A stretch of DNA of 64,000 nucleotides, from positions 2,766,152-2,830,151 of the forward strand of contig NW_002060944.1 in assembly GCF_000150275.1 (NCBI RefSeq), read 5' to 3'. Numbering within the stretch: position 1 is the first letter of the stretch; every line of letters begins with the position of its first letter. Below are positions 1 to 12,133 of the stretch, in pieces. A program made the position numbers and the translations under genes. The DNA is from Trichoplax adhaerens (Eukaryota; Animalia; Placozoa). The notes below the pieces were generated by a model, which was not told the origin of the DNA, did not search any database, and saw only the letters and a list, made by a program, of their open reading frames with translations.

Positions 1-3000
1 CTTCACGTTTGGAACTTTCAACGTGAAAGAGCTAGTAAATTACCTTATTACAACTGTATTTTTGCCTTGATAAAATTATTCCCTAATTTTATCATTGTGA
101 TGATTAGGGTGTTAAGCTAGAATTTCACGACCTTGACAAATCCAATTCCACAACTGCTACAGCATATATAGTACCATCTCGCCTATCTGAATCTACTGGG
201 AGAGTAACTTCTCCAATAGTGTGTTGTACATCTGGTAACCTTCTAGGTGAAGTGACAAGTTAGTATCATAATTTAATGGCTTTTCTTATAACACCTTCCT
301 TTGAGGATATGGTATCATATGCATTGAGTTAACTGTTCTTGATCTGGTCTCTCAATGACATGTATTTTGTTTGTTCTGCCATATTTATGATATTATAGTT
401 GAGTATTTGGTCGTTAACCCAATACCGAAAATCAAGCTACCAGAAGTTTATATTGATGTTTTTAAATCTCTGTCAAGGCCTTTACTCATTGGGCATCGTG
501 GGATGGGTGCACATGATGCTCAAGACGCGTAAGTGTAGTACATTCCAATGATAGTAAATCCAATTATCAAATGTGCTTATGAAGTAATGTACTCTATATT
601 ATGTTGCTTTATCCGATGTATACTTGAGCAATCAACAACAATTAATATGGAATATAATACCGTTATACATGTATAGTGAATACATCGTTGAAGAGAATAC
701 CATGGAAGCATTTAAACGAGCCTTCGAGGTAGATGACCGTCTAATTAAAGCTATTTATTAACTGTAAACTCTCTATTATAATAATTGGAATTGTCAATTC
801 AGAAATACTATCTACGGCACAACTTGCACATAAGTAATGACTTTTACAAAAAAAGTAAGACAGTAAGATTGTGTATGTTCGTATTTTACAATCTTGGCAA
901 TATTCAAAGTTAGTTCCCTTACAAAATGTCGTCCTATGTATTAAGCTTTTATGCTTAACCTTATTTTAAGCATTGGTATCGATTGATCTGAGTTTGCTTA
1001 TTTAATTACTTGTGTTTAGACCTGTACAAATATAAATTGTAATAGTGACATAACTATACAGACATTGTAAACATTGAGGAACTTTTCGTATCAGTTATCT
1101 ATTTACTAGACGTTTAATACAAAATAGTAATAGACATTTCGGAATAAATTACTTATCAGCAGTAAATTTTATTTTTTCACATACACTCTCGTATTCTATC
1201 TTATATCCTTTTACATGTATATATGTTATGCGATACTATACTACCGTTAGAAATAGTACTCTAGAAAACCGCTATATAGTGGCTTTAATTCAGCTATTTT
1301 CGAAGCTTAATCATGTATCTATAGAAAATAAATGCTAGATTATCAAATTCCTCGCACGCTTTTAATAGAGATATCTGGACCCAATCGTTACATATCAATC
1401 GATAGGCTTGTCGCAGTAACAGTGCCTATTTATGCATATATTTTACTTTCTACCGGATAGGGATTGCACCCAAGCTTGTATCGGATAAATTATAATTATT
1501 AAGAGAATACTGCAGGTGTGCAGTTCCATAAAACAAACTCGTATATAAGGTCCAGCGCCACCCTTACTTCCAACCTACGATTTATATTGCAGTAGTTACA
1601 TTCATAAATCATATATACGCTGCAAATAATGAACCATTTTTATTATTAACGTTGTCATATTTGACTTGCAGGAAATATTTATATAAACCTAGTAATGTAA
1701 TACCTAAACATTCGTTTCTGAATTCTAGGAAAAAGTCGACATGGTTGAGTTTGATATTCAAATGGATGCAGATGGAGAAATAGTGATATATCATGACTTC
1801 AACATTGACCTCCATGCTCTGGTACTTAACATATAATTTATTTGATCCTATTAAAGAAATCTGATAGCAAGAATTTACTTTAACCTACTTACTTTGATAT
1901 ATAATTGATTATAATTGATATTGATTACAGAGAGCAAGGGATAATATTAAATGTCACCGGTGTCCAGTGAAGAATCTCAGTGTTCAACAGTTGAAAGCCT
2001 ATGCGGTAAAATGGATATAGGATACGTTTTACCATAATCTACTATATTTTACCGTGGTAACTAAATTATCATATCTTCACATTTTAGACCCTACATCGCG
2101 ACTCAGGTTTAGACAAAATTCTTCTATTATTTCTTAACATTGATAATAAAATTATAACCAGTAGCCCTTTTTACAGAAAATACTACTACAGATGTACTTT
2201 TCCCGACTCTACAAGAAGTACGTGCAATCTTTTTGTGTTTTAATGTTCCCACAATTTTCACTAATAACTAGTAATTATCTTATTTAGGCTTTAGTGAAGC
2301 TTGATAAAGGATTAGGGTTTAATTTAGAGATTAAATTTCCTACTGATGAGGTGACTTACCGCTAAGAGGCTTTTAATTACTTATAAAATATAATCTTATA
2401 TTAGAATATACTAAGTGTTACAATTGTCTAACCAAAAAATATATTATTTTTCCACAGAGACATGAAGATGTGGCTATAAATTATCAGGATATAAATCGCT
2501 TCGTAGATAAAATTTTAAAAGTTGTTTACCATTACGCTGGGGAAAGAAAAATATTTTTCTCCTGCTTTAATCCTGATGTTTGCATTGCGTAAGTGATATG
2601 TTAAAACTTCTTGGATAATACCCACTAAATTGTCTTGCTAATTATATTCACTATCTTGTTAAATTTCTTGGCTGTACTTGTCTTCTAGATTGTTTATGAA
2701 ACAACCTTCATATCCAGTAGTTTATTTAACCTGTGGAATATCCGATAAAGACCTACACGTAATAGAACTTATTAAGAAATTTAACTTAGCAATATGTACA
2801 TGGGGAAATGGTAACAACAAATTAGATAACATAAAATTGCAGCGAAGTTATGGAATCGATGGAATTATTTGCGATCGGTGTGTAAGATGTGCGCTTAGCG
2901 TGCCCTTCATGATTACTGGGCAGATGGCTCGAATCATTTTAGTATAAAAATTGCAGTACCTAAAATTTATTATATACCGAACGTACCAGCAGAGCAGTGC

Positions 3001-3132
3001 ACATAGTCGATTTTCTTTTACGTAATTGTTTGGTGTGTATTTGGATGTTGTCACATAATCTATTGTTACTTATAACGGTTCTTTCTTAGGATAGAGAATT
3101 GCAAGCTTGCGAAAAGTATTTGGGAAGGATAG
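1..3132 (+). CDS. GPCPD1: Glycerophosphocholine phosphodiesterase GPCPD1/GDE5-like, 5'-partial, multi-exon (approx. exons ..34, 108-258, 399-528, 677-728, 1729-1820, 1931-2005, 2088-2106, 2177-2217, 2288-2350, 2458-2588, 2690-2877, 3090-3132)
   Basis: Spliced translation gives the GDPD motifs LIGHRGMG, EENTMEAF, MVEFDIQMDADGEIVIYHDF, FPTLQE, GFNLEIKFP, IFFSCFNPDVC, CTWG and GIDGIICDR. Introns are GT-AG, the stop is TAG at 3130-3132, and AATAAA lies at ~3200. Confidence 0.88.
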
Positions 3133-5591
3133 CTGAAGTGTGGATGCAATTTTAAATACAGTTTGAGAGTTTGATCATATACAAATATTTCCTGTATTAA
3201 ATAAAAGAATCATTGCTTACTCATTACACTTCGCATTGTCATTTTTAGGATGATAATAATTTTGTTTACTCTGATTTCAGGTAGACATATATTATTAAAG
3301 CTCTTTTATTAGACTTACGTCTTAAACATAATTTTAAGATAGAAGCTTAAACAATATGATATGCTTTGTTACATACAGAGTAGTAATATCTTTGAAATAA
3401 ACGAAAGATTTCTTTATTTTCTAATAATTGTTCTTTGGATCTTTCTACAACATATTCGGATATTATAATACCAATTACTCCTTTGATCATTATTAATTAA
3501 ATGACGACAATAAATCATTTAAGGTATAGCATTGTCACCTTAAGTAAACAAGTAATATGCCCAGAATGAATGGAGCAATTTTCAGTTTGTTGTATTTTAT
3601 TTACGGTATTGAAAGGAAAAAATGTACATAGTAGATAGAGCTTCAATTTCTTACCGCAAATAAATACTCAATTCGAATTTTTTTTAAGTAAGTCATCTCA
3701 CTTCGCAACATAGTCACCACGTTTTATCATTGGTAATAGCTACCGAGTAAATTTAAATGATATCGTTATTGGTGATCAGTTATTAGTTTTTTGGTCAAAG
3801 TATCCTTGAAATTTATCTTCGTGACATTTTTTATCGAATTTCACTTCCGGAGCTGAAGCCATTCTTGGAAAGTATGGTGACATTGTAATCTTCTAAGGCA
3901 TGGACCACTAGAATTATATTATGGCATTCTTCTAGTGATCCATGTTTAAGGTTATGCTGATTAAATGTCTATTATTCGTTGTACTGTAAATACACAGTAC
4001 CCTAGTTTTGTGTATTCCGTAAAGTAGTAGGTGAGAGAGTGTCTAATTTATTTATTTAATTGATTAATTTGCCCTCGATTTTTTTGGATTGTAATCTACA
4101 GACAATAAAGGGCAACAACACGTACAATACGATGTATTCTATTACTATTATCACGCCTCATAATCTACACTTGTACATGGTCTGCTAAAAAGAAAGAAAA
4201 TAAAAGACAATTCGTTCTCCGTACTTAAAATATGGGGCCAATTAATTTGCTGTCAGGTCTAGTTTGCTTGCCATTTCAACTGAAACGTTACGCTACTGTT
4301 CACGGTGGTATGAACTATGAACTAACACAAATACTACACAAGTACGATAACAGAATAATTTAACTTATGAAATCATTCGTCTTTGACGCAATTGTAAGTT
4401 AGTGATGTATTATACCATAAAGTAAAAGTGCAAGTACACATAGTAGGCGAAGTAAAATGAGCGAGGGATCTACTGGTCAGTATAATTTGCAGCTCCGATG
4501 TGAAAATGCGAGTCCCTATCTTGCAATCCTTTTGTTGCCCAATATACAGTACAGTACTATGAAAGGATGATGCTGTCAGGTAATGCCATTTCGAAAGTAT
4601 CAGTAGTATAATCAGTAGGCACAGATTGCAACGATATCCGCAGTCACACTCTCGGTAGTACAGTGCCCAACACTCTATGTAGTAGACTAAAACAGATCGA
4701 TAAATCATTAACACCTTTCTCAAAATGGATCATGATACTACTCCCCTGATAAACCAATTTGGATTGCACCATATAGCCGTTTAGTTATGAGGCAGTACCG
4801 TAGTAACAAGTTTCACTATCCGTTCGATCGCAATTATCAATCCCTAACCCTTCTCAGTCCCTTAAAAACTCCCGGCTTTTATACCCTCGACTACAGATTA
4901 TACCGTAGGCTGTCCACAAAATCTACAGAAGGCCTTCATAACATTTGGAAGTCTTAAGCATTGTGGTTCTTTCCTATGGTCCTAATATAGCTACTTCTGT
5001 GTCATACTGTAAGTGCTACCTACACTAGTCTTAGCACTTTCGAAATGTCAGTTATCTACAAGCAGTGGCACAGTATTCCTTCTTTAGTAGCCTCTGGTAT
5101 ATAATAAGTGTGCGTATACTGATTGCATGGACTAGTTACCATAATAGTAACTTGCTGATTAACTGTAAATCTCATAAATCATGATTCGATTCTTAACCAA
5201 GGCCTGACCGTACTTTAGTAACACTATCCATGAGCTACTCCAGGAACTGCTAAATTTCTTAAATAGTCCCCGACTACTCTGTAATTCTATATTATAATGA
5301 ACGTAATTATGATGAAATACTGTATTTCCTTTCCCCAATCAATTAATAGGCATCAATCAGGCAAGGATTACAGTGAAGGATTTATGTTTGGAGACTATTC
5401 AAATAAATTGCCATAGTAATAAACGCAATCCGCCTCTAACATGTGTAGTACTTTGGGTATTTCATGCCATTTTACTTATTTCATCTCACTAGATGAAGTT
5501 TTAAGTATGAACAATCATCACTGTGTTTTTATTTAAATTGTACCGATGGTAACAAGCCAACGAATAGATGTTAAAAAGACTTTCAATGAGA

Positions 5592-8500
5592 CTATTTGAT
5601 ATTAAATCCAGCCATAGTTGGAGCTTTGCAAATACCTTTCCCTTTAACAGTCCACTTACAGCCTTTGTAAGTAGCTATACATTCATCATTGGTTCGTAGG
5701 TCAGGCTGGATCTGTTCAAATATCTATTGGATTACATGAAGAGAGAAAAATAAAGTTTCTATGCATGCAAGTGGGAAATTTGTAAAAAACCTATCACGTA
5801 AAGTTCCCCCACAATTAAAAGAGTCCTACTTAGAAGATAGTATAATGTGAATGATCTTATCTACAGACCTTTTTCTTAGGATTTAGTAATGTATCAGGTT
5901 CACCTAAGATAAAAAGATTAAGAATTTTAGAAATAGCTAGAAGTAATATGCAGCCTTTAGAATCACAATAAGAAATACTATTTTGAAATTCAACTTGTCA
6001 GGAAGGTAAGGTATTATTATTAAATGGATATCGTTATAAAAATTGCATTAAATATACGCCCAAAAATGAGTACACAGATACAATACCAACACCATAGTTA
6101 AAATGAGAGTATCGGCACAAGTACAGTACATACAAGGTATCTATCTACAGGTAAAATTTGATATGTAATTCTAAAAATATAATCATGTAGATTTATTAAG
6201 CATACCAGGATATTCCTCAACGACTACCCTATCACCAGGTACACAACCCTCAGGTGGATTTATTATTTCTACCTTTTCCGGTGAACTAGCGCACATAATC
6301 ATACCCTGGGAGAGTATTCCTCTCATCCTAGTAACAAGTAATGACAAATGATATTAGAATTTGGTCAAAGGAAGTAAACGGAGACAATTGCTAGAAGTTT
6401 ATTACTTTGCAGGTTTCAGATTGCAACAGAATATGGCTAAACGATCCTATAAAGGAAATAAAAATAAATTCGATTAGCTCAGCTAAAATTATTTAATGAC
6501 CATAATTGAGTATTTACAGTTTTCGAATAGCCTATTGCATTATTAAATTACCTGCATTCCTTCGATAGGGATATGTCTAACCAATCCACTGACAATAGTT
6601 CGTGGGCTTTCTTCGCCTACGTTTACTGCAATATGATAAATACGGTGAAATTTTTATTTGCTAACATTAATTCTGGCATATTTGTAGAATTGAGGCATGA
6701 TTTTTTTATAATTTTTGATCTCCATTTAGGGAGAATGAGAAAGATAAAAAATAAACTTTTGATTTGGTAAATAATGTCAATACACCTATACCATATCCAC
6801 GTACGCGTATGATAGAAGTTACTGTACCTTCTTCTACATACAAAGAATCAGCATCAGGGTGTTTCTTAACAGATACAATATGTCCAATTTTTAGATTTAA
6901 TCTTGAGATATCAATCGGTTTACTAGCACCATCATCTGTCAAAGAATAAAATTACGGTATTTTTTTACTCAAGAATTGGGTAAAATTAATTGTACTTTAC
7001 GATGCGGAACTATAATATTATATTTGTATGAAATGTCCATTTTCACGTCTGTGCAAAATTGACGTATCAGATTTAATCTACGATAATGATACTGTTACAA
7101 CATTGCCTAATGTGTGTAGACTGTAGACCAATCAAGATGCTATTTTTACTTGTTGTACCAACTAAAACAATAATTAGCTTACGCTTGCAAGTACCTTGCT
7201 TATTTTTGGATTGGTCTGACGAATTCTTAGCATTTTTTTTAGTCTCTGCTTCGGCCTTTTTCTGTTTCTTTTCTTTTTTTTGGTCTGGCTTACCTTTATT
7301 ATCAGGATTAGTTGGCGATTGCTCGACAGTTTTAGCAGCTTTGGGAGGTGATGCATCATTTTTATTAGAGCTAGTTGCAGTTGATGACACTTTAGGAAGT
7401 TGAACTTGCTTTTCTGTGCCACGATAGTGTGATAAAGTACGGTATTGCGTTAATTACGTTAGTTAGTAATGTGCAAAAATAATTACTCGTACAACAGAAC
7501 AGTTTCGTGCTATAGTGTTTATTATTTTCATTTCGCTATCTGAGTAGACTGTAGTGATCATTGTTGATGATTTATCTGCAAGTATCCAGAATGATATTGG
7601 ACAGTTAAGCAATTCTGTATTTGTTTATCCTACAGGGCATAAGGATGTCATAGTACTCTGGTCAGGAAAGTTATGTCTAGTCACTATGACGCGTTCAACT
7701 GTTAGGACCTGTTGCAAACACAATCATTGCAATTGCTTTATTATACCACTTTATGTAATATTATGTTGTACTCACTTCCGTTCATAATTTCCAGATAACA
7801 GAGGCGTTGCTTTAAGGCTTCGACTTGTTTGGTTAGACTGTTGTTTTCATCCTGTAATCGAACAACTTCTTGGGAAGTTTGAGCGGTACCGGCAGAATTA
7901 GCTACGGAAAGGTTAAACAGATTGATCTCATTACTCTTGCTATAAAATATCGTATAACTGGTTTTATTCAACGACAAGGATGGCTATTTATGAATGAATA
8001 TGTTCCCATTGATAGATAACAGATGAAGTAGTTGCTTACTGTATCCTTTCTGTACTTAGAAGTAGACCAAGACTACATTTCCTATTGACGCACATTTTAG
8101 AAATAGATTTATCGAACAGCATTGTACAACCTACGGGTATCAAAAGATACAGTCGACTAGAGTGCTTGCATGGAGTCAAAACGCAACCCGAACCCAAAAT
8201 GAGTGCAATTGTTATACAAAGACCGTATGACCATCGAAATTGTAAACCCGAAATGCCCCTCGAGCCGGGTTCAAGTCGGGTTTCGTGTTGACTTTTATTA
8301 AGGATACTGCAGTCGACTATGCATCGCATCTACTCTATTGATAGCAAGCGGGAGTATCAACCGATGAAGATACCATCGCATTGCATCGTTCATCGATTAA
8401 CAGTGAGCACCAATGGATAAAGATACAGTTCATTAATAGGAAATGCTCTACACATTGACAAGTTTATCAACTAGCTCGCCATTTCCTGCTGCAGTCACCG

Positions 8501-8669
8501 GTGGACAACATGACTTCAATAAAGCAGCAAGGCAACAGTATCATCACATTATCAAACTCTTCTTACTTGCTTGCGATGTTATAAGCTGCAATTGCCTCTT
8601 TAGTGTAGCTACAATTTCTTCAGCTTGTGAAGCGCGTTGTTCACATACTCTTAAAGCTAAAGCAGCCAT
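5592..8669 (-). CDS. AIMP1: Aminoacyl-tRNA synthetase complex-interacting multifunctional protein 1 (p43/pro-EMAP II), multi-exon
   Basis: Exon 1 (8669-8567) reads MAALALRVCEQRASQAEEIVATLKRQLQL, followed by a coiled coil (RLQDENNSLTKQVEALKQRL), a Lys-rich linker (KKEKKQKK), and the EMAP II/tRNA-binding OB fold: IDISRLNLKIGHIVSVKKHPDADSLYVE, MRGILSQGMIMCASSPEKVEI, IFEQIQPDLRTNDECIATYKG. Stop at 5592-5594. Confidence 0.92.
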
Positions 8670-8738
8670 CACGATCAACTACGACAAACTTTTTGCTTGA
8701 ACAACGATGATTTAGGCCGACAAGAACCCGTGGATTGA

Positions 8739-10043
8739 TTGGTGGAGGAAGGTTGGCCCTTGGCTTGCGTCAGTGAAAAAGTGTCGCATCCTGTCACTCA
8801 GTCTAGTGTAGTACGTGGTGAACTGGTGATTGAATTGGCCTGGCAATGTAGTCCCGTACTGGTCCTATTATGGTCCACTTTGTCCAGTAGTGACTCAACC
8901 GCTTTCTTACTCTACTGTATCCAGTATGAGAAAGCGATACAGTCAATGGGTTAGTCCAGCGCTCAAGTTCAGCCTATAGAAAGGCTGTGACTGAAGGGTA
9001 CCAGATCGTTCCATCCACCCGTCCATACGCGACGTACCGTACGTCGCGTACAGTACTGTGATTGTGGAGGAAGGCTGGCGCTGGGCTTGCGTCAGTGAAA
9101 AAGTGTCGCATCCTGTCACTCAGTCTGGTGTAGTACGTGGTGAACTGGTGATTGAATTGGCCTGGCAATGTAGTCCCGTACTGGTCCTATTGTAGTCCAC
9201 TTTGTCCAGTAGTGAGTGACTCAACCGCTTTCTTACTCTACTGTATCCAGTATGAGAAAGTGATACAGTCAATGGGTTAGTCCAGCGCTCAAGTTCAGCC
9301 TATAGAAAGGCTGTGTGACTGAAGGGTACCAGATCGTTCCATCCATCCGCCCATGGGCAATGTACCGTACGTCGCGTACTGTACAGTACTGTGATTGTGG
9401 AGGAAGGCTGGCGCTGGGCTTGCGTCAGTGAAAAAGTGTCGCATCCTGTCACTCAGTCTAGTGTAGTACGTGGTGAACTGGTGATTCAATTGGCCTGGCA
9501 ATGTAGTCCCGTACTGGTCCTATTGTAGTCCACTTTGTCCAGTAGTGAGTGACTCAAACCGCTTTCTTACTCTACTGTATCCAGTATGAGAAAGCGATAT
9601 AGTCAATGGGTTAGTCCAGCGCTCAAGTTCAGCCTATAGAAAGGCTGTGTGACTGAAGGGTACCAGATCGTTCCATCCATCCGTCCATACGCGACGTACC
9701 GTACGTCGCGTACACTACTGTGATTGTGGAGGAAGGCTGGCGCTGGGCTTGCGTCTGTGAAAAAGTGTCGCATCCTGTCACTCAGTCTAGTGTAGTACGT
9801 GGTGAACTGGTGATTCAATTGGCCTGGCAATGTAGTCCCGTACTGGTCCTATTGTAGTCCACTTTGTCCAGTAGTGAGTGACTCAAACCGCTTTCTTACT
9901 CTCTGTATCCAGTATGAGAAAGTGATACAGTCAATGGGTTAGTCCAGCGCTCAAGTTCAGCCTATAAAAAGGCTGTGACTGATCGGTGCGGTACCAGACC
10001 GTCCCTCCATCCGTCCACGGGCGACGTACCGTACGTCGCGTAC
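8739..10043. repeat. Tandem repeat of four near-identical ~322-333 bp units
   Basis: TGGAGGAAGG...GCGTCAGTGAAAAAGTGTCGCATCC recurs at 8743, 9065, 9398 and 9727. The repeated minus-strand ORFs MPGQ(F/L)NHQF... reflect the same units. Confidence 0.95.
9963..9969 (+). promoter_or_regulatory. Candidate TATA box (TATAAAA) in the last repeat unit, facing RABGAP1
   Basis: Copy 4 reads CCTATAAAAAGG where copies 1-3 read CCTATAGAAAGG. Confidence 0.35.
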
Positions 10044-10837
10044 TGTGCACATGTGCAGTGTGCACCAGAGACCGTACAACACAGATCGATCAACTACAGT
10101 ATAGTACTGTATGCTGGTACAGAACGTACAGTAGTCGTGCAAGGCTGCAGCAAAGCAAGTTGCTGCAACAACCGGACCGAGCAGTACGACACAGTCGCAC
10201 AGGAACAAGCTCAAAGCATCCAAAAGTATTTTGTATTTCTCCATTGCTAGAGCTCATTTTTGATTGAAAGTTAGGCCTGAAGCCATGGAAAATTGGATAG
10301 TTTGCTCGTAGATCCTACATTGGTCTAACGTCAATAGTAAGTCCGATATGTACTGGATGGATTGGCTGTATTTAAAAACTGTCTTGATATCAAGCTATGA
10401 TCGTCTTCTTGACATGGAACAACTCTTTATTTGCACTGTTATTTTACTGCAAGTGAATGATGCTAGCTAGATAGAGTATAGTAGTGAGAAATCGATGAAA
10501 GAAACCTTTTGATAGCTTTAGCTAATCCATTGCAGTACATTATTAATAGGATAACGTAAATTGATACTGTTCTTATCATGATGTAATACAAGTACTGTAC
10601 AGTAGTATTCATTGGCACTATTATGGGCGTACAATCAATCCTATGAATTGTATCGATTAGATTAGATTAGATTATAGAATGCTAGTAGCAAATCGATCAA
10701 CCAATATTATTTTACGTATAATATTGATGTGTACCGCTATATTGGAACATCAATCTAGGACTATATCTATATTTTTACAAACATTATCATCACGCCAGTG
10801 ATCATCGTTTATGAAGGTCTACTCGTATCGACGCGTG

Positions 10838-10858
10838 TATATATATATATATATATAA
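10838..10858. repeat. (TA)n microsatellite
   Basis: About ten TA units seen directly. Confidence 0.85.
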
Positions 10859-12133
10859 TGTTATATACAAACCAGACGTGAATCATTTTACTAGGGCTTA
10901 CTTAAAAGATCCTTCGCTGTTATTACAAAAGTATACAATAGGCTACGGAATAATCTATTTTTCCTAATTGAATTGCATTGATTAATTTGGTTGAATTAGT
11001 TATCATCGACAGGATTGACGATTACATAATAAAAAAAAGGACTGGCATCATGATCAATTCTCAATACAGGCAGTCGATACGCATTACACGCGTAAGAGTT
11101 TTCACAACAACTATGTATGCTCTTATTTGTACGGTATAGAACAAGTGTGCAATTTAATTGATTGAAAAGATAGTAACCAAGGACTGTATCAATTCAAACG
11201 GCCATCCTTGCAAGTTGATTCTTTATTTTTCTTGCGTTATAAAACGTAGGATTTATATCATAAACTATCCATGACCTTATTTAGTAATCCCTACTTACTG
11301 TAAATCCCCAATCCTATTTTTGCATTGATGGGTTGAGCTCTATCCTTTGTAATCGTTTAGTTCCTTGCATTACCGTGAACTACCGTGTCGCTTTTAGAAT
11401 CTACAGGACAAAAAATCATGATCTACAGTACGTCATGATGTAGTAACAAGTTGTAATTGCTTTCCTTTTCTTTCACTAAAATGAAACAACTTTTGTTAAG
11501 AACATTTTCAACTACTGTCTCTTTTCCATATTTTAGCTACAATATTATAACTATAGGTAGTGAAATCACTACCTAGTTATGCAATATTGTCTGGTCTTGA
11601 AATTTAGATTTTAGATGAATCATAATCTACGTACAGTATATCCTACTGCTATTGCTGCAACTTTATTATTGCTACACGTGAGTAGGGAAATCTTGGATCT
11701 TGCCCATATAAATTGAATGGGAGATTAATTGACATTTTGCATACATTTCAATAAACATTTTCTGAAATTGTCTCAACAAAAGATACCATACGTGGAACAT
11801 CTAAGACAACGTGTGCTCGTATTAAAACTAATTAAATGTTTATAGTACAGAGTATTTATTCGACTGCGCGATTGCTTATTAAATGCAGCAACATGCTATG
11901 CAATATCCATCTACCTATATAGAATTATACTCATTACATTACAAGGGATCTGTAGTAAACAGTATTGGATGAACACGTACGCACCAATTGTTCATTTTAA
12001 CCTTGCTATCGCTCCACCTAAGCTCCTATATACCTAATATTGAATGATTAGATCTGTTTATTCTACTGTTCGAGTATCATTTTAATACATTCATATATAT
12101 TTGTTATTACAACAATGCAGTAAGGTATAATCA

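Noticed and set aside
1609-1815. Minus-strand 68-aa ORF containing IYHYF
   Set aside because: It is antisense to the true GPCPD1 exon 1729-1820; the resemblance comes from the near-palindrome TGATATATCA.
4373-4723. 116-aa minus-strand ORF and other short intergenic ORFs
   Set aside because: No recognisable motifs or consistent splice structure.
4842-4851. CCCTAACCCT as a telomerase RNA template or telomeric seed
   Set aside because: It is only 10 nt, and no pseudoknot or H/ACA domain could be supported by eye. An Infernal search with a metazoan telomerase RNA model would be needed.
8974-9830. Three repeated minus-strand ORFs (MPGQ.NHQF...)
   Set aside because: They start at non-ATG codons, their C-termini shift frame between copies, and they show no recognisable domain; they are by-products of the tandem repeat.
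8739-10043. CRISPR array, tRNA, 5S or snRNA identity for the tandem repeat
   Set aside because: There are no unique spacers and the context is eukaryotic. The A-box-like TGGTGTAGT is interrupted, and no cloverleaf, Sm site or 5S similarity was recognised.
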